IMG/VR virus record: IMGVR_UViG_3300029713_000009 | Direction: 5' to 3' (one strand) | Length of the DNA: 61,678 nucleotides | Source: a virus | Program-made: the position numbers and the translations under genes | The notes under the pieces: model-generated | What the model saw: the letters and a program-made list of their open reading frames with translations, nothing else | Database searches by the model: none | Told to the model about the DNA's origin: nothing | Shown here: in pieces, positions 61,590-61,678 of the stretch | Position numbering within the stretch: the stretch's first letter is position 1 | How the letters are laid out: each line of letters begins with the position of its first letter

Positions 61590-61678
61590 CACTTTACTAA
61601 GCAACTCCTTGATTTTCAATCGTCGGGGTACCAAGATTCGAACTTGGGACCCCCTGCTCCCAAAGCAGGATTTAAATA
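61590..61678. repeat. Terminal direct repeat copy 2 (att core region)
   Basis: Identical to nt 1-89; contains the tRNA-Pro(UGG) 3' part at 61623-61669 (- strand). Confidence 0.95.

Larger units (their letters stand above)
1..61678. mobile_element. Complete temperate tailed phage (integrated prophage or circularly assembled genome); Bacteroidales-type host inferred
   Basis: Identical 89-nt termini; integrase and arm repeats at right end; cI/Cro/Xis at left end; + strand early block; - strand terminase-to-lysis block. Confidence 0.85.

Overview
The 61,678-nt window is a single complete temperate tailed phage. It has an HK97-type head module, a long tape measure and no sheath gene, so it is siphovirus-like. 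The host is inferred to be Bacteroidales, because the TAnnTTTG -7 promoter motif recurs and there are no Shine-Dalgarno sequences. The first and last 89 nt are identical and contain the 3' part of a tRNA-Pro(UGG), which marks the att core. Either an integrated prophage was cut exactly at its att repeats, or a circular genome was assembled with a terminal overlap inside attP.

Layout:
- Left end: lysogeny switch with a cI-like repressor, a Cro-like gene and Xis, plus two small cargo genes.
- 2.0-18.3 kb, + strand: early block. It carries 2 canonical tRNAs (Arg-CCU and CAU), several tRNA-like remnants, an SSAP, a PD-(D/E)XK nuclease fused to an FtsK-like ATPase, a RuvC-like resolvase, a replication initiator, a DnaC-like loader, two DNA methyltransferases, an acyl carrier protein, a MazG-like enzyme and two AntA-like paralogs.
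- 18.3-57.9 kb, - strand: late block. Read in transcription order it runs: small Zn-ribbon ORF, TerS, TerL, portal, protease, capsid, connectors, tail tube, tail fibre 2 (CE4-like deacetylase end), chaperone, tape measure, a 7-kb accessory island (2 Bro-N/KilAC, Rha, RelB/YafQ toxin-antitoxin, XRE, 2 lipoproteins), tail/baseplate proteins, tail fibre 1 (BNR/sialidase-like), holins, endolysin candidate, u-spanin candidate, a DnaA_C-like HTH protein, a GHKL-ATPase + STAS-like (DUF4325) cassette, and a more G+C-rich cassette of Cys-rich unknowns.
- 58.0-61.5 kb: small + strand genes with an XRE regulator, then a tyrosine integrase flanked by arm-type repeats.

Most unusual signals:
1. Five paralogous cassettes (promoter, long leader hairpin, U-tract) sit directly in front of late modules.
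2. The GHKL/STAS-like two-gene cassette.
3. A hairpin with an invariant 15-nt loop and covarying stems.
4. A tRNA-like element with alanine-identity acceptor features but no canonical anticodon arm.
5. A phage acyl carrier protein.
6. A nuclease-FtsK fusion.
7. A truncated holin-like gene that marks a tail-fibre module swap.

All domain calls come from motifs recognised by eye. No database search, folding program or statistic was run.
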